NCBI GenBank assembly: GCA_031962025.1
Contig: JAVRKW010000003.1
DNA from: Pseudothermotoga sp.
GTDB taxonomy: Bacteria; Thermotogota; Thermotogae; Thermotogales; DSM-5069
Reading direction: 5' to 3' (one strand)
Length of the DNA stretch: 64,000 nucleotides
Positions 1-9,052 of this stretch are shown here, in pieces (position 1 is the first letter of the stretch; each line of letters starts with the position of its first letter). The notes beneath the pieces were generated by a model. It made no database searches. It was not told where the DNA came from and saw only the letters and a program-made list of their open reading frames with translations. The position numbers were made by a program, and so were the translations under genes.

Positions 1-991
1 AGACATTGTTTGGATCGTAACTTAACCTCATTGCATTGCTTATACTGTGAACAAGATCCATTTTCTTCAAATACAACTGCTGCTGATTTATGAGTTCTTG
101 ATAACTTTTTGTGTAGTTTCTCAGTCTTTCTACTTCTTTTTTCAATCCTTCTTGGTATTCAATTCTGGTATAGCCAAGAGAAATACGCCTTGAGATTTCA
201 TGGAAGATAGATAAGTCAAATTCATCAAAACTGTACTGTGTTCTGTATCCTTCTGGCGAGATTTTATTTATGACAAAAATCACTCCGATTATCCGATCCT
301 GTATCTTCAATGGCATTGCCATATAGGATTTAACAGTTACACTGACAAAATCTATCTGGGCTTTCACATCGAGTACACCGCTGTCTGACCTTTCCACTTT
401 GCTGAAAAACGGATGGTTGTGGATCCTTTCAAAAAGTAGCTGGTCTTTGGTTATTCCAAACGAGGAAGAAAAAACGTACTCTTCGCCGGTTTTTTCAAAA
501 AATATCACGATATCGGCATTTAAAACCCCTGCAATTGCCTTGACCATCTCGGCTTTAAACTGTTCTTTGTCTGTAGAATTGTAAAAAACATTCGTCAGCT
601 CACTCATTCTGTGGTATTTTTCAGCGGTATCCTGAAGTTCGATGAATCTGTTTGCCCAGTACAGTGAAAGGCTGAGTTCGTCGATGATTGTTTGTAGATC
701 GAGGTTATGTGGTTCTTCCAGGATGAGTGCTCCAAGAAGCTGACTGTTGTAAATCAAATTCACAACGTGCGAATAATTTTGCAGGGATTTTGAGCTGATC
801 TTCAAAGAACCTACCTTTTCCCTATCGCCACTTGTACCGACAACTCTGAATTGATCTTTGTGCTTTTCATAGAGCAGAACATCACAGCGTTTTGCGTTTG
901 CCTTTGAGCAGATCAGCTGTGCTATGTCATTCATGGTGTTTGATTTATAACCTTTAAAGAAAAACTCAGTTACCATTTCGAAAATCTTCAA
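1..991 (-). CDS. GAF-domain signalling protein (sensor kinase or cyclase-type), N-terminal part; runs off the window edge
   Basis: Not in the ORF track. Manual translation is open from TTG at 991 (SD AGGAGG upstream, overlapping the TGA of the preceding gene) to base 1. It contains a GAF-like segment 'KSYMAMPLKIQDRIIGVIFVINK...FDEFDLSIFHEISRRISLG' followed by a coiled coil. Confidence 0.75.
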   Translation of the reverse strand, partial: MKIFEMVTEFFFKGYKSNTMNDIAQLICSKANAKRCDVLLYEKHKDQFRVVGTSGDREKVGSLKISSKSLQNYSHVVNLIYNSQLLGALILEEPHNLDLQTIIDELSLSLYWANRFIELQDTAEKYHRMSELTNVFYNSTDKEQFKAEMVKAIAGVLNADIVIFFEKTGEEYVFSSSFGITKDQLLFERIHNHPFFSKVERSDSGVLDVKAQIDFVSVTVKSYMAMPLKIQDRIIGVIFVINKISPEGYRTQYSFDEFDLSIFHEISRRISLGYTRIEYQEGLKKEVERLRNYTKSYQELINQQQLYLKKMDLVHSISNAMRLSYDPNNV

Positions 992-1449
992 ATTCTTAAC
1001 CTCCTGAACTCTTCTGTGATGTGCTGAATATGTGATCCTGCCCAGTACACCCTGTTGCAGATCGGACAGATATAAAAATCGCTTTGCGTGTTTTGAACGT
1101 ACAGCGGAACTCTGTCTCTGACTTCTTCTATGGATATCGATAAAAGTTGTGCGTTGCACAGACTGCATCTTGTCATTCTCTGAGCACTTTTCAGATCAAA
1201 GTGCGATGAAAGTTCAATAAGCTGGTCTCTCCATTTATCTGAATGAACCAAATAGCTGTTCAACCCATTTTTCAGTGCGCGAAGATGTAAGGTCCTGTCT
1301 TTTGTTATCAAAACTCTGTTACTCTGCTCGCACAACTGCAAGATCTTTTCTTCATCAATCTGTGAAAAATACATTGTGTCGAAACCGAGCAGTCTCAATT
1401 TCTTTGCAAGTTTACCGAGCATTCTATCAACCAGAAACATTTTCTCCAT
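988..1449 (-). CDS. Mut7-C RNase (PIN-like, DUF82) domain protein with Zn ribbon
   Basis: FLVDRMLGKLAKKLRLLGFDT, RVLITKDR, RCSLCN...CPICNRVYWAGSH. Confidence 0.88.
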   Translation of the reverse strand: MEKMFLVDRMLGKLAKKLRLLGFDTMYFSQIDEEKILQLCEQSNRVLITKDRTLHLRALKNGLNSYLVHSDKWRDQLIELSSHFDLKSAQRMTRCSLCNAQLLSISIEEVRDRVPLYVQNTQSDFYICPICNRVYWAGSHIQHITEEFRRLRI

Positions 1450-1583
1450 CTCCCAGTTTCTTAATGATAATTATACCCAAAATCTTTCCGTGTGAGACTT
1501 GCCTGTTATTATGTCGCTGAATCTCTCTATGGTTAGTTGTACAATCATTTTAATTGGCTCATTAATAGTGTTTTTTTGATCAA

Positions 1584-1613
1584 TTGATTTTGAATCAGTT
1601 CATATTGTATAAT
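1584..1613 (+). promoter_or_regulatory. sigma70-type promoter with flanking inverted repeats
   Basis: TTGATT (1584-1589), 18 nt spacer, TATAAT (1608-1613). Palindrome ATCAATTGAT lies over the -35, and ATCAAC-N6-GTTGAT starts at 1612. Confidence 0.55.
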
Positions 1614-1624
1614 CAACATTTGGG

Positions 1625-1918
1625 TTGATAATCGTGTACAGTTCGATCAACATTCCTTTTATAAAACCGGCTCTGTCGATAGTCGCGATCGTGACCTTTG
1701 TCAATGTGTGGAATGACTTTTTCTTCCCACTCATATTGATAAATGACAGATCAAAAGCCACCATAACGCTTGCTGTATCTATATTCTTTGGTGAGTACTC
1801 AACACAGTGGCAACTGTTGTTTTCTGGATTGACACTTTCTATCGCGCCGACTGTCATTCTGTTTCTCATATTTTCTCAATATTTCATAGCTGGAATGACT
1901 CAAGGCGCAATAAAATAA
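1625..1918 (+). pseudogene. C-terminal remnant of a carbohydrate ABC transporter permease (MalG-type)
   Basis: IPFIKPALSIVAIVTFVNVWNDFFFPLILI...QYFIAGMTQGAIK is only the last third of a typical permease. No EAA loop, no SD, no upstream coding room. Confidence 0.8.
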
Positions 1919-1931
1919 CGAGGTGAATGGT

Positions 1932-3089
1932 ATGAAAACAGGATTAGACGTGTTTTTAGAAGAGTACATTTCTCAATTCAAAGGGGCAAACATAGGGCTT
2001 GTCACAAATTCAACAGGTATCAATTGTGAACTGAGAAGGAATATAGATCTTTTTCTCTATAACGGCTTGAAGGTTGTGAAACTCTTTGGTCCCGAACATG
2101 GTGTTTTTGGAGCCGCACCGGATGGTGTGAAAGTTACAGATTTTATTGAACCAAGGTACAGAATACCGGTGTATTCGCTGTACTCTGAAAATCTCAGACC
2201 GACCGAGCAAATGCTTGAAGGCATCGATGTGATGATTTACGATATTCAGGATGTGGGTTTGAGATTTTACACGTACATTTACACAATGGCTTATTGTATG
2301 GAAGAATGTGCAAAACGTGGTATCAAGTTCATTGTGCTGGACAGACCAGACCCCATCTGCCCTGAGATAGTCGAAGGTCCGATAATCAAAAAAGGTTTTG
2401 AAAGCTTTGTTGGTGGGTATGGTCTTGCCCTGAGATATGGTTTAACTGCTGGTGAACTTGCAACTTATTTGAACAACGAATACAGAATGAAAGTCGATTT
2501 GACTGTTGTACCCATGAAAGACTACAAAAGATCTTTCTTTTACGACGACACAGATCTTTTATGGAATACTCCTTCACCGAATCTTCCTTCGCTGGAACAC
2601 ACGATTCTCTATTCTGGTTTTTGCTTGCTCGAAGGTGTGAATCTGTCGGTGGGAAGGGGTACTGTTCATCCGTTCAAATACATAGGTGCACCCTGGATAG
2701 ATTCTGAGAAATTATATACACAGATGAGAAAATTCGATCATGAAGGTGTCGTATTCAGAGAGAGAGTTTTCGTGCCGGCGGCTTTCAAACTGCACAACCA
2801 AACGTGCAACGGTTTGGAATTTTTCGTAACAGATAAACGCAGAATCAAGCCATTAAACCTTGCGATTGATTTGATTGCCACGTTGAAACGTATACATCCT
2901 GAGGCTTTTCGCTGGGATAGTTATTTTCACGACAATACCGAAAGATATTACTTTGATCTGTTGATAGGTAGCGATTTTTACAGGAAAGCGATCGAAGATG
3001 GTGCAACTTCTAAGGATCTGGAATCTATCTGGCAGAGCGAGGCTGAAGACTTTCTAAAGCGTTCTGTGAATTTCTTTCTGTATAAATAG
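1932..3089 (+). CDS. namZ: Exo-beta-N-acetylmuramidase NamZ family (DUF1343)
   Basis: GLVTNSTG, LFGPEHG, DIQDVGLRFYTY, VLDRPDP, PSPNLP, EGVNLSVGRGT motifs. SD GAGGTG 6 nt before ATG 1932. Confidence 0.88.
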   Translation: MKTGLDVFLEEYISQFKGANIGLVTNSTGINCELRRNIDLFLYNGLKVVKLFGPEHGVFGAAPDGVKVTDFIEPRYRIPVYSLYSENLRPTEQMLEGIDVMIYDIQDVGLRFYTYIYTMAYCMEECAKRGIKFIVLDRPDPICPEIVEGPIIKKGFESFVGGYGLALRYGLTAGELATYLNNEYRMKVDLTVVPMKDYKRSFFYDDTDLLWNTPSPNLPSLEHTILYSGFCLLEGVNLSVGRGTVHPFKYIGAPWIDSEKLYTQMRKFDHEGVVFRERVFVPAAFKLHNQTCNGLEFFVTDKRRIKPLNLAIDLIATLKRIHPEAFRWDSYFHDNTERYYFDLLIGSDFYRKAIEDGATSKDLESIWQSEAEDFLKRSVNFFLYK

Positions 3090-3153
3090 TGCGTGTTGCA
3101 AACCATTTGTTTGTGTGATATCATACCAGACAGAATAACCAGGAGGTGTAAAT

Positions 3154-4224
3154 GTGTCTGTTGTTTATTTCACAGATCTATCGACAAATGGGAGTATAAA
3201 CCTGCTCAAAAAGCTCGAGATTCTTTTGGATAAAGTTGGCTTGGATAAGATCATCAATCAGAACAATTTTGTTGCTGTTAAGCTCCATTTTGGCGAATAT
3301 GGGAATCTCGCTTTTATAAGACCACAGTATATCAGAGTTGTCGTGGATCAGATAAAAAAACACGGTGGGAAACCGTTTTTGACAGACTCAAATACACTGT
3401 ACAGAGGACATAGATCCAATGCTGTAGATCATCTTTTGAATGCATATCTCAATGGGTTCACCTATGAGGTTGTAGGAGCTCCCGTTGTTATCGCAGACGG
3501 TCTGAGAGGCTCAGATGAAGTGAAGATAAAGATAAACGGGACTTATGTCAAAGAAGCAAAAATCGGTTCGGCAATAGCGCTGGCAGATGTCCTTGTTGTT
3601 ATGACCCATTTCAAAGGTCACGAACAAACGGGTTTTGGTGGCACGCTGAAAAATGTTGGAATGGGTAGTGCTTCAAGAGCTGGAAAGCTTGAACAGCATT
3701 CTGAATCAAAACCATACGTTGTAGTAGAAAATTGCATTGCCTGTAGAATGTGTGAAAGAAACTGTCCTGTCGGTGCCATCACGGTGAATAAATTCGCAGT
3801 TATTGATTATGCAAAATGCATAGGCTGCGGTCAGTGTATTGCAATGTGCAACTACGGTGCAATGTCACCAAAATGGGATAACTCCTCCGAGCTTTTGAGC
3901 AAAAAGATGGCAGAATACACCCTTGCAGTTTTGAAAGATAAAAAGGCTGTTTTCATATCTTTTCTGACCGATATCTCACCGGATTGCGATTGCTGGCATA
4001 CAAACAGACCACCTGTAGCTCCAAATATCGGCATACTTGCCAGCGCAGATCCAGTTGCACTTGATCAGGCATGCATTGATCTTGTCAAAGAAGCTCAGGG
4101 AAAAGATCCATTTCTTGAAGTTCACCCGAAAGTCACATGGGAAACTCAACTCAGTTATGCACAGGAAATAGGACTTGGTTCAAGAAAATACGAATTGATC
4201 AAAATCGCTTGCAATTTAACCTGA
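3154..4224 (+). CDS. DUF362 Fe-S protein with 2x[4Fe-4S] ferredoxin insert
   Basis: VAVKLHFGEYGN, THFKGH, CIACRMCERNCP, CIGCGQCIAMC, PDCDC, ASADPVALDQA. Confidence 0.85.
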   Translation: MSVVYFTDLSTNGSINLLKKLEILLDKVGLDKIINQNNFVAVKLHFGEYGNLAFIRPQYIRVVVDQIKKHGGKPFLTDSNTLYRGHRSNAVDHLLNAYLNGFTYEVVGAPVVIADGLRGSDEVKIKINGTYVKEAKIGSAIALADVLVVMTHFKGHEQTGFGGTLKNVGMGSASRAGKLEQHSESKPYVVVENCIACRMCERNCPVGAITVNKFAVIDYAKCIGCGQCIAMCNYGAMSPKWDNSSELLSKKMAEYTLAVLKDKKAVFISFLTDISPDCDCWHTNRPPVAPNIGILASADPVALDQACIDLVKEAQGKDPFLEVHPKVTWETQLSYAQEIGLGSRKYELIKIACNLT

Positions 4225-4229
4225 AAAAG

Positions 4230-4448
4230 TCAGCTTTTTCTACTCACGGCTTTGACAATCCATATAATTGCCAGTATTATTAGAACTACTATTAGCACTG
4301 GTATAGCAACGACAATCAAGCCTATGAAAACCAGAGCAAGTATCGCGCCAGCCAGAATCAGACCGATAAAACCACTGAACAGTGGAAAAAGCTTGAAGAA
4401 AAGATAGATCAAAAATATCACACCGAGTATTGCCAGAAAATACAGCAT
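4230..4448 (-). CDS. Small hydrophobic membrane protein
   Basis: 72 aa, almost entirely hydrophobic with a basic tail. SD GGAGGA; directly follows iadA. Confidence 0.7.
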   Translation of the reverse strand: MLYFLAILGVIFLIYLFFKLFPLFSGFIGLILAGAILALVFIGLIVVAIPVLIVVLIILAIIWIVKAVSRKS

Positions 4449-4451
4449 CTA

Positions 4452-5618
4452 TTATCCTCCTTGGACAGTTTCGAAGGTTCCCCTGACAATTACTTTGCAA
4501 TTTGTCATCAGCACTTTACCTTTTGCTATGACATCGGTTATTGTCAGATCCTGATCGAATAGAATTATATCTGCATCATTTCCCTGAGCAAGGACTCCTT
4601 TGGCAAAAAGTTTGAGTACCTTTGCTGGATTTTGAGTAACTGCCTTTAGTGCCTTTTCAAGTGCTACGCCGTTTTTCACAGCGGTTTTGAACTGCTCATA
4701 AACTGAAGTTACCTTTCCAATATCAAGACCTATGAACTCTTTTTTCTCGTTGAATCTTGGCAGGCTTCCCTGACCATCGGAACTGAAGGTGATCTGATCT
4801 TCAAAACCGTTTTCGATGTACTGCTTCAGTGCTTTCCATGCCTGCAGATCTTGGTCCAAAAGGTCGCCGGTACTGGTTGTGAAATCAACAAAACCACCCA
4901 TTTTTGCATAATTTAAGCCTTCGTCCAGGAGCTTTTTGTTTCTGTTTATATGGGTTGGTAGAAATTGACTGATTGGAATTTCAGTCTTATTCACTATCTC
5001 ATAGATCATATCCAGCATACCTTCACCATCACCCAAATGAAGGTTCACGATACCCGCTTTGCCGGACAGAATCCCTCCAACCCTCGCATCGGCTGCGATT
5101 CTTTTGAGTTCTTCCAAAGTGGGTTGAGACGAACGATGATCGCTGATCGCTATTTCTCCAGCTCCGATGACTTTGTCGATCAGAATCAGATCGCTCACAA
5201 GATTTCCCGTGAAGGTAACCGGTGGAACCCTGTATGAACCACTGTAGATATAACTCGTCACACCTTCCTCGTCTAAGGTTTTTGCTTTTGCATACAGGGC
5301 ATTGAGACTTCTTGTCACACCATCTGTGCCAAGACAGCCAACAACAGTTGTTATACCGCCCCTGACAAGGTCTGAAAAAACAAGTTCAGGTGTGCGGGTT
5401 TTGAACCCTCCCTCTCCTCCTCCGCCGATTATGTGAACATGAGAGTCTATAAAACCTGGCACGGCGATCTTGCCTGAACCGTCAATTATCTGAACATACG
5501 GGCTGTTCAGCACTATATCTTTTTCTATGGCAACTATCCTATCGCTGGCAATCAGAATGTCCTTTTTTCCAACAGGTTTTGGGCAAAAAACTTCAACGTT
5601 TTTTACAATTTTGATCAT
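4452..5618 (-). CDS. iadA: Isoaspartyl dipeptidase (beta-aspartyl peptidase)
   Basis: PGFIDSHVHIIGGGGEGGFKTRTPE, GEIAISDHRSSQPT, FSSDGQGSLPRF. Confidence 0.95.
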   Translation of the reverse strand: MIKIVKNVEVFCPKPVGKKDILIASDRIVAIEKDIVLNSPYVQIIDGSGKIAVPGFIDSHVHIIGGGGEGGFKTRTPELVFSDLVRGGITTVVGCLGTDGVTRSLNALYAKAKTLDEEGVTSYIYSGSYRVPPVTFTGNLVSDLILIDKVIGAGEIAISDHRSSQPTLEELKRIAADARVGGILSGKAGIVNLHLGDGEGMLDMIYEIVNKTEIPISQFLPTHINRNKKLLDEGLNYAKMGGFVDFTTSTGDLLDQDLQAWKALKQYIENGFEDQITFSSDGQGSLPRFNEKKEFIGLDIGKVTSVYEQFKTAVKNGVALEKALKAVTQNPAKVLKLFAKGVLAQGNDADIILFDQDLTITDVIAKGKVLMTNCKVIVRGTFETVQGG

Positions 5619-5626
5619 CCAATCAC

Positions 5627-5836
5627 CTAAACCAACTGGTTAATTTGAGCATTGAGATAGTTTTCTGTTGCTATCCTGACCATTCTCAAGGCAAGACCAT
5701 TTTGCTGATAGGTCATGAAGTTGAGAAGCTGGATCATCTGATCTTTGTTTAGAGTTTGTGGTGCTGGTTGTTGTGTGTTCTGTGTTTTTGAATAAGTATA
5801 TGGATTGTAAGTGTATCCCACGCCTTCTACTCTCAC
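5627..5836 (-). CDS. Small hypothetical protein, Q/N-rich
   Basis: 69 aa ORF with strong SD AAGGAGGTGG and GTG start. Fills the gap between the ABC operon and iadA. Confidence 0.7.
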   Translation of the reverse strand: MRVEGVGYTYNPYTYSKTQNTQQPAPQTLNKDQMIQLLNFMTYQQNGLALRMVRIATENYLNAQINQLV

Positions 5837-5863
5837 AAAACCACCTCCTTCTCTCTCTTATAC

Positions 5864-5890
5864 TAATCGGATCAAATAAGAAATCCTAAA
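5864..5890 (-). promoter_or_regulatory. Putative sigma28 (FliA/SigD)-type promoter
   Basis: Minus strand TTTA-N15-TCCGATTA versus consensus TAAA-N15-GCCGATAA. Confidence 0.4.
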
Positions 5891-5899
5891 GGTATTTTA

Positions 5900-6730
5900 T
5901 CACCCTTTTAGTGCTCCCTGTGTTAAACCCTGAACGATGTATTTTTGTGCCACAGCGAAGACAAGAACTGTTGGTAACAGGGCAATGACAATACCTGCAG
6001 CCATCACATTCCACTGAATACCAGCTTTTGAAACGAATGAATAAAGTGCCACCGGTACGGTCATTTTGTGATCGCTGTGCAGAAACAAAACAGCCGTGAA
6101 AACTTCGTTCCAACTGTTGACAAAACAGAAACTGAATATCGCACCTACATTTGGCAGAAAAACTGGCAGCACGACTCTGAAAAGAGCGCCGAGTTTTGTA
6201 CATCCATCGATCCAGGCGGCTTCTTCTATCTCTCTTGGCATGGACTTAAAAAATGCACGAATCATGATCGTACCGAAAGCTACACCAAGTCCAGTGTATA
6301 TGATAATCACACCGAGCAGTGAATTGGTCAGCTTCAGCCTTGAAAACATCGTGAACTGCGGGATCATCAGAAGATAAGCTGGTATCATCTGAACAAAGAA
6401 AAGGGTTAACAGTAGAAAATGTCTGGTTGTGAATCTGAACCTTGATAGCACATAACCACTCATCAGTGAAAACACGGTTGAAAACAGAGCAGAAAAGGTA
6501 GCCACCAGAATGCTGTTTTTGAAATAAGTGTGAAATTTTGCAAAACTGAACAGATATCTGTAAGCCTCAAAGCTGATACGGCTTGGTAGGTATTTTATTG
6601 GAAAAGAGTAAATCTCTGTCGCTGGTTTGATAGAAGTCAGCACGATCCAGATCAGGGGAAAGACGGCTACAACAAGGTATAAGATCAATCCAGTAACTCT
6701 GAGTGCCGATAAGATTGGGTGTTTTTTCAT
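5900..6730 (-). CDS. Carbohydrate ABC transporter permease (MalG-type)
   Basis: EAA loop EIEEAAWIDGCT, FVNSWNE, QGLTQGALKG. Confidence 0.93.
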   Translation of the reverse strand: MKKHPILSALRVTGLILYLVVAVFPLIWIVLTSIKPATEIYSFPIKYLPSRISFEAYRYLFSFAKFHTYFKNSILVATFSALFSTVFSLMSGYVLSRFRFTTRHFLLLTLFFVQMIPAYLLMIPQFTMFSRLKLTNSLLGVIIIYTGLGVAFGTIMIRAFFKSMPREIEEAAWIDGCTKLGALFRVVLPVFLPNVGAIFSFCFVNSWNEVFTAVLFLHSDHKMTVPVALYSFVSKAGIQWNVMAAGIVIALLPTVLVFAVAQKYIVQGLTQGALKG

Positions 6731-7596
6731 AACTCGAATTCTCCTTTTTCTGAAATTCTCAGATAAAAGATAGAGAACAGAAGAAGTATGATGGTAATTA
6801 TTACCCCTAGGGCTGATGCTTTACCGAAGTTGTTCTGATAATAGACTATGTTTATCATCTGCACAGACATGATATTTGTCGCTCCCGCAGGTCCTCCTCG
6901 TGTCGTGCCGTAGATTATATCTGGAAAATTCATGACCCAGATTATTCTCAAAAGAACGGTATTCATTATTGTCGGCTTGATGTAGGGTATGGTTATCTTT
7001 GTCAGTTTGCTCCATGTGTTCACACCATCTATTTCTGCAGCTTCGTACAATTCCTTTGGTATGGACTGCAAAGCCGCAAGGAGCATTATTGCAAAAAACG
7101 GTATCCCGTACCACACATTTATCATTATCACAGAAAACATGGCAAAACGTGGATCTGAAAGAAAACTTATGGGTTTGCTGATCAGATGCACTTTCATCAG
7201 AAAGTCATTGAGCACACCGAACTGTCCATTCAACATCCAAGACCAGAGCAAGCCTATAGCAAACCCTGACAGAGCCCATGGATAAAACACAATTCCCATG
7301 TACAGTCCTCTTCCTTTAAATGGTTTCACCAAAAGCAAGGCGAGAATGAGTCCGAATATGAGCTGAAAGATGACAGAAAAGAAGATCCAGATAAATGTAT
7401 TCAAAAGAACATTCCAAAAATTTGGATCACTCAAAACCGCTCTGTAATTGTCAAAGCCGATGAATCTGGGTCTGTTAAGGTTGAAGACCGTCAGCTTTTG
7501 AAAGGAAATTACCCCCCCATATACCAGGGGGTAAAGGTTTATGAACAAAACCAGAATGAATGTTGGTAAAAGCATCCAAAAAATCCACAGTCTCAG
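6727..7596 (-). CDS. Carbohydrate ABC transporter permease (MalF-type); start uncertain (CTG 7596 or ATG 7575)
   Basis: FIGFDNY, AALQSIPKELYEAAEIDG. SD GAGGTG lies 7 nt before an in-frame CTG. Confidence 0.9.
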   Translation of the reverse strand: MRLWIFWMLLPTFILVLFINLYPLVYGGVISFQKLTVFNLNRPRFIGFDNYRAVLSDPNFWNVLLNTFIWIFFSVIFQLIFGLILALLLVKPFKGRGLYMGIVFYPWALSGFAIGLLWSWMLNGQFGVLNDFLMKVHLISKPISFLSDPRFAMFSVIMINVWYGIPFFAIMLLAALQSIPKELYEAAEIDGVNTWSKLTKITIPYIKPTIMNTVLLRIIWVMNFPDIIYGTTRGGPAGATNIMSVQMINIVYYQNNFGKASALGVIITIILLLFSIFYLRISEKGEFEL

Positions 7597-7638
7597 TTTT
7601 CTTCACCTCATTAACGGCACATAGATATTCCAACCTCT

Positions 7639-7671
7639 CAAGCCCCCACCTTTACAGGTGGGGGTAGTTGA
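7639..7671 (-). repeat. GC-rich intercistronic hairpin resembling an IS200/IS605-family (IscB/TnpB element) end; REP-like
   Basis: Minus strand TCAACTACCCCCACCTGTAAAGGTGGGGGCTTG immediately after the SBP stop codon; no U-tract. Confidence 0.55.
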
Positions 7672-8934
7672 TTATTTACCAAGACCTGCCTTTTTCCAGA
7701 AATCAGCCCATTTTTTCAGTGCATCTTCTGGTTTCATTTTTCCAAGCAGGACCTGTTGCATTGAAGTTTCCTGAAGTTCATTCCATTCACTCCAAGCTTC
7801 GTTGTCCAGCGGGTATTTTGTGAACTGATAGTGCTGTGGATCATCGAACATGGCTTTCCATCCATAGAATATATCGCTCTTGAAGTATGGATCGATATCG
7901 TAAACTCTCATATCAACTGGCAGAGCACCATAATCTCTGCACCAGAAGGCATTGATCTCTGGCGAGTTGAAGAATTCCAAAAATTTCCATGCGATGTCCT
8001 TGTACTTCGAATAACTGGTGATGCCCCACCCTGCAAAACCAATCGTTGGATAGGCTTTCCCACCTTTTCCGACAGGTAGTGGAGCAGTTCGGTACTTGTC
8101 CTGACCGAGAAGCTCGTTCAGAAGTCCGACAGTATCTGGATCCTGGAACAGATACGGTGTGATACCGGAGACAAAGGAATTCACCTGTTCATCAAAGCCC
8201 CAGTTTATGGAATCTTTTGGTGCAGTCTTGAAGAGTTCCAGATAGAAGTTGATACCATCGAGGGCGCGTTTGTCTTCAAAGATGAGTTTTCCACTTTTGG
8301 TCAAATACATGCAGTTTGGGTCAATGTCATCAAAGAAAGAGGTCATCACAATGTCTATAAACGCAGTTGGGTAACCTTTCCCGCGAAAATCAAAGCCGTA
8401 CTGGTTCTGTTCTGGTTTTGTTATATTTTTGCAGTATTCAAGGAGTTTATCCATCGTCTTTGGAGCGTCTGGCAGGTTGTATCTGGAAGTTATATCAGGT
8501 CTGATGAAGAGGGTTTTCACATAAATGGCATTGGGTAAAAGATAAGCGGTGTTTTTGTAAGTTCTTGCAGCTTCGAGTACACCGGGAACAAGATGGTCTG
8601 TGATTTGGGATTTTGCAAGGTACGGTTCCAAAGACAACAATTTACCCATGCTCGCAAGGGCGCTTAAAGACCAGTCTCCGACTTCAACGATATCAAGTGG
8701 TTCCTCAGCACTCACCATGAGATAGATCTTCTGGTAAGCTGTTTCATAAGGTGGAGAGATCAACTCGATCTTGACACCGGGGTTCTGGGCTTCGAATTTC
8801 GAAATGATCTCTTCAAGTACCTTGGTTCTCAGGGGGCTTGTGAAAACCTGAATGACTTTCAAAGTCACTGCTTCAGCGAACAACAGGGAAAAACTGATCA
8901 AACCAATCATGACAACCACCAAAAACTTGCGCAA
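7672..8934 (-). CDS. Sugar ABC transporter substrate-binding protein
   Basis: Signal peptide, FEAQNPGVKIELI, family-1 SBP pattern, upstream of two permeases. SD GGAGGTG 6 nt before TTG 8934. Confidence 0.92.
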   Translation of the reverse strand: MRKFLVVVMIGLISFSLLFAEAVTLKVIQVFTSPLRTKVLEEIISKFEAQNPGVKIELISPPYETAYQKIYLMVSAEEPLDIVEVGDWSLSALASMGKLLSLEPYLAKSQITDHLVPGVLEAARTYKNTAYLLPNAIYVKTLFIRPDITSRYNLPDAPKTMDKLLEYCKNITKPEQNQYGFDFRGKGYPTAFIDIVMTSFFDDIDPNCMYLTKSGKLIFEDKRALDGINFYLELFKTAPKDSINWGFDEQVNSFVSGITPYLFQDPDTVGLLNELLGQDKYRTAPLPVGKGGKAYPTIGFAGWGITSYSKYKDIAWKFLEFFNSPEINAFWCRDYGALPVDMRVYDIDPYFKSDIFYGWKAMFDDPQHYQFTKYPLDNEAWSEWNELQETSMQQVLLGKMKPEDALKKWADFWKKAGLGK

Positions 8935-9052
8935 CCTGATCACCTCCCAATACAGTATAATTATACAGGGTTGCGACGAAAACTGCTTTTTGAAAAATCG
9001 TTTTTGAGTATTAAATCATGGTAATATTTATACTTAAGGGGGTGTCGTAAAA

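Noticed and set aside
7603..7605. In-frame TGA as selenocysteine
   Set aside because: Third codon of a permease, not a Cys-equivalent site, and no SECIS-like hairpin is evident.
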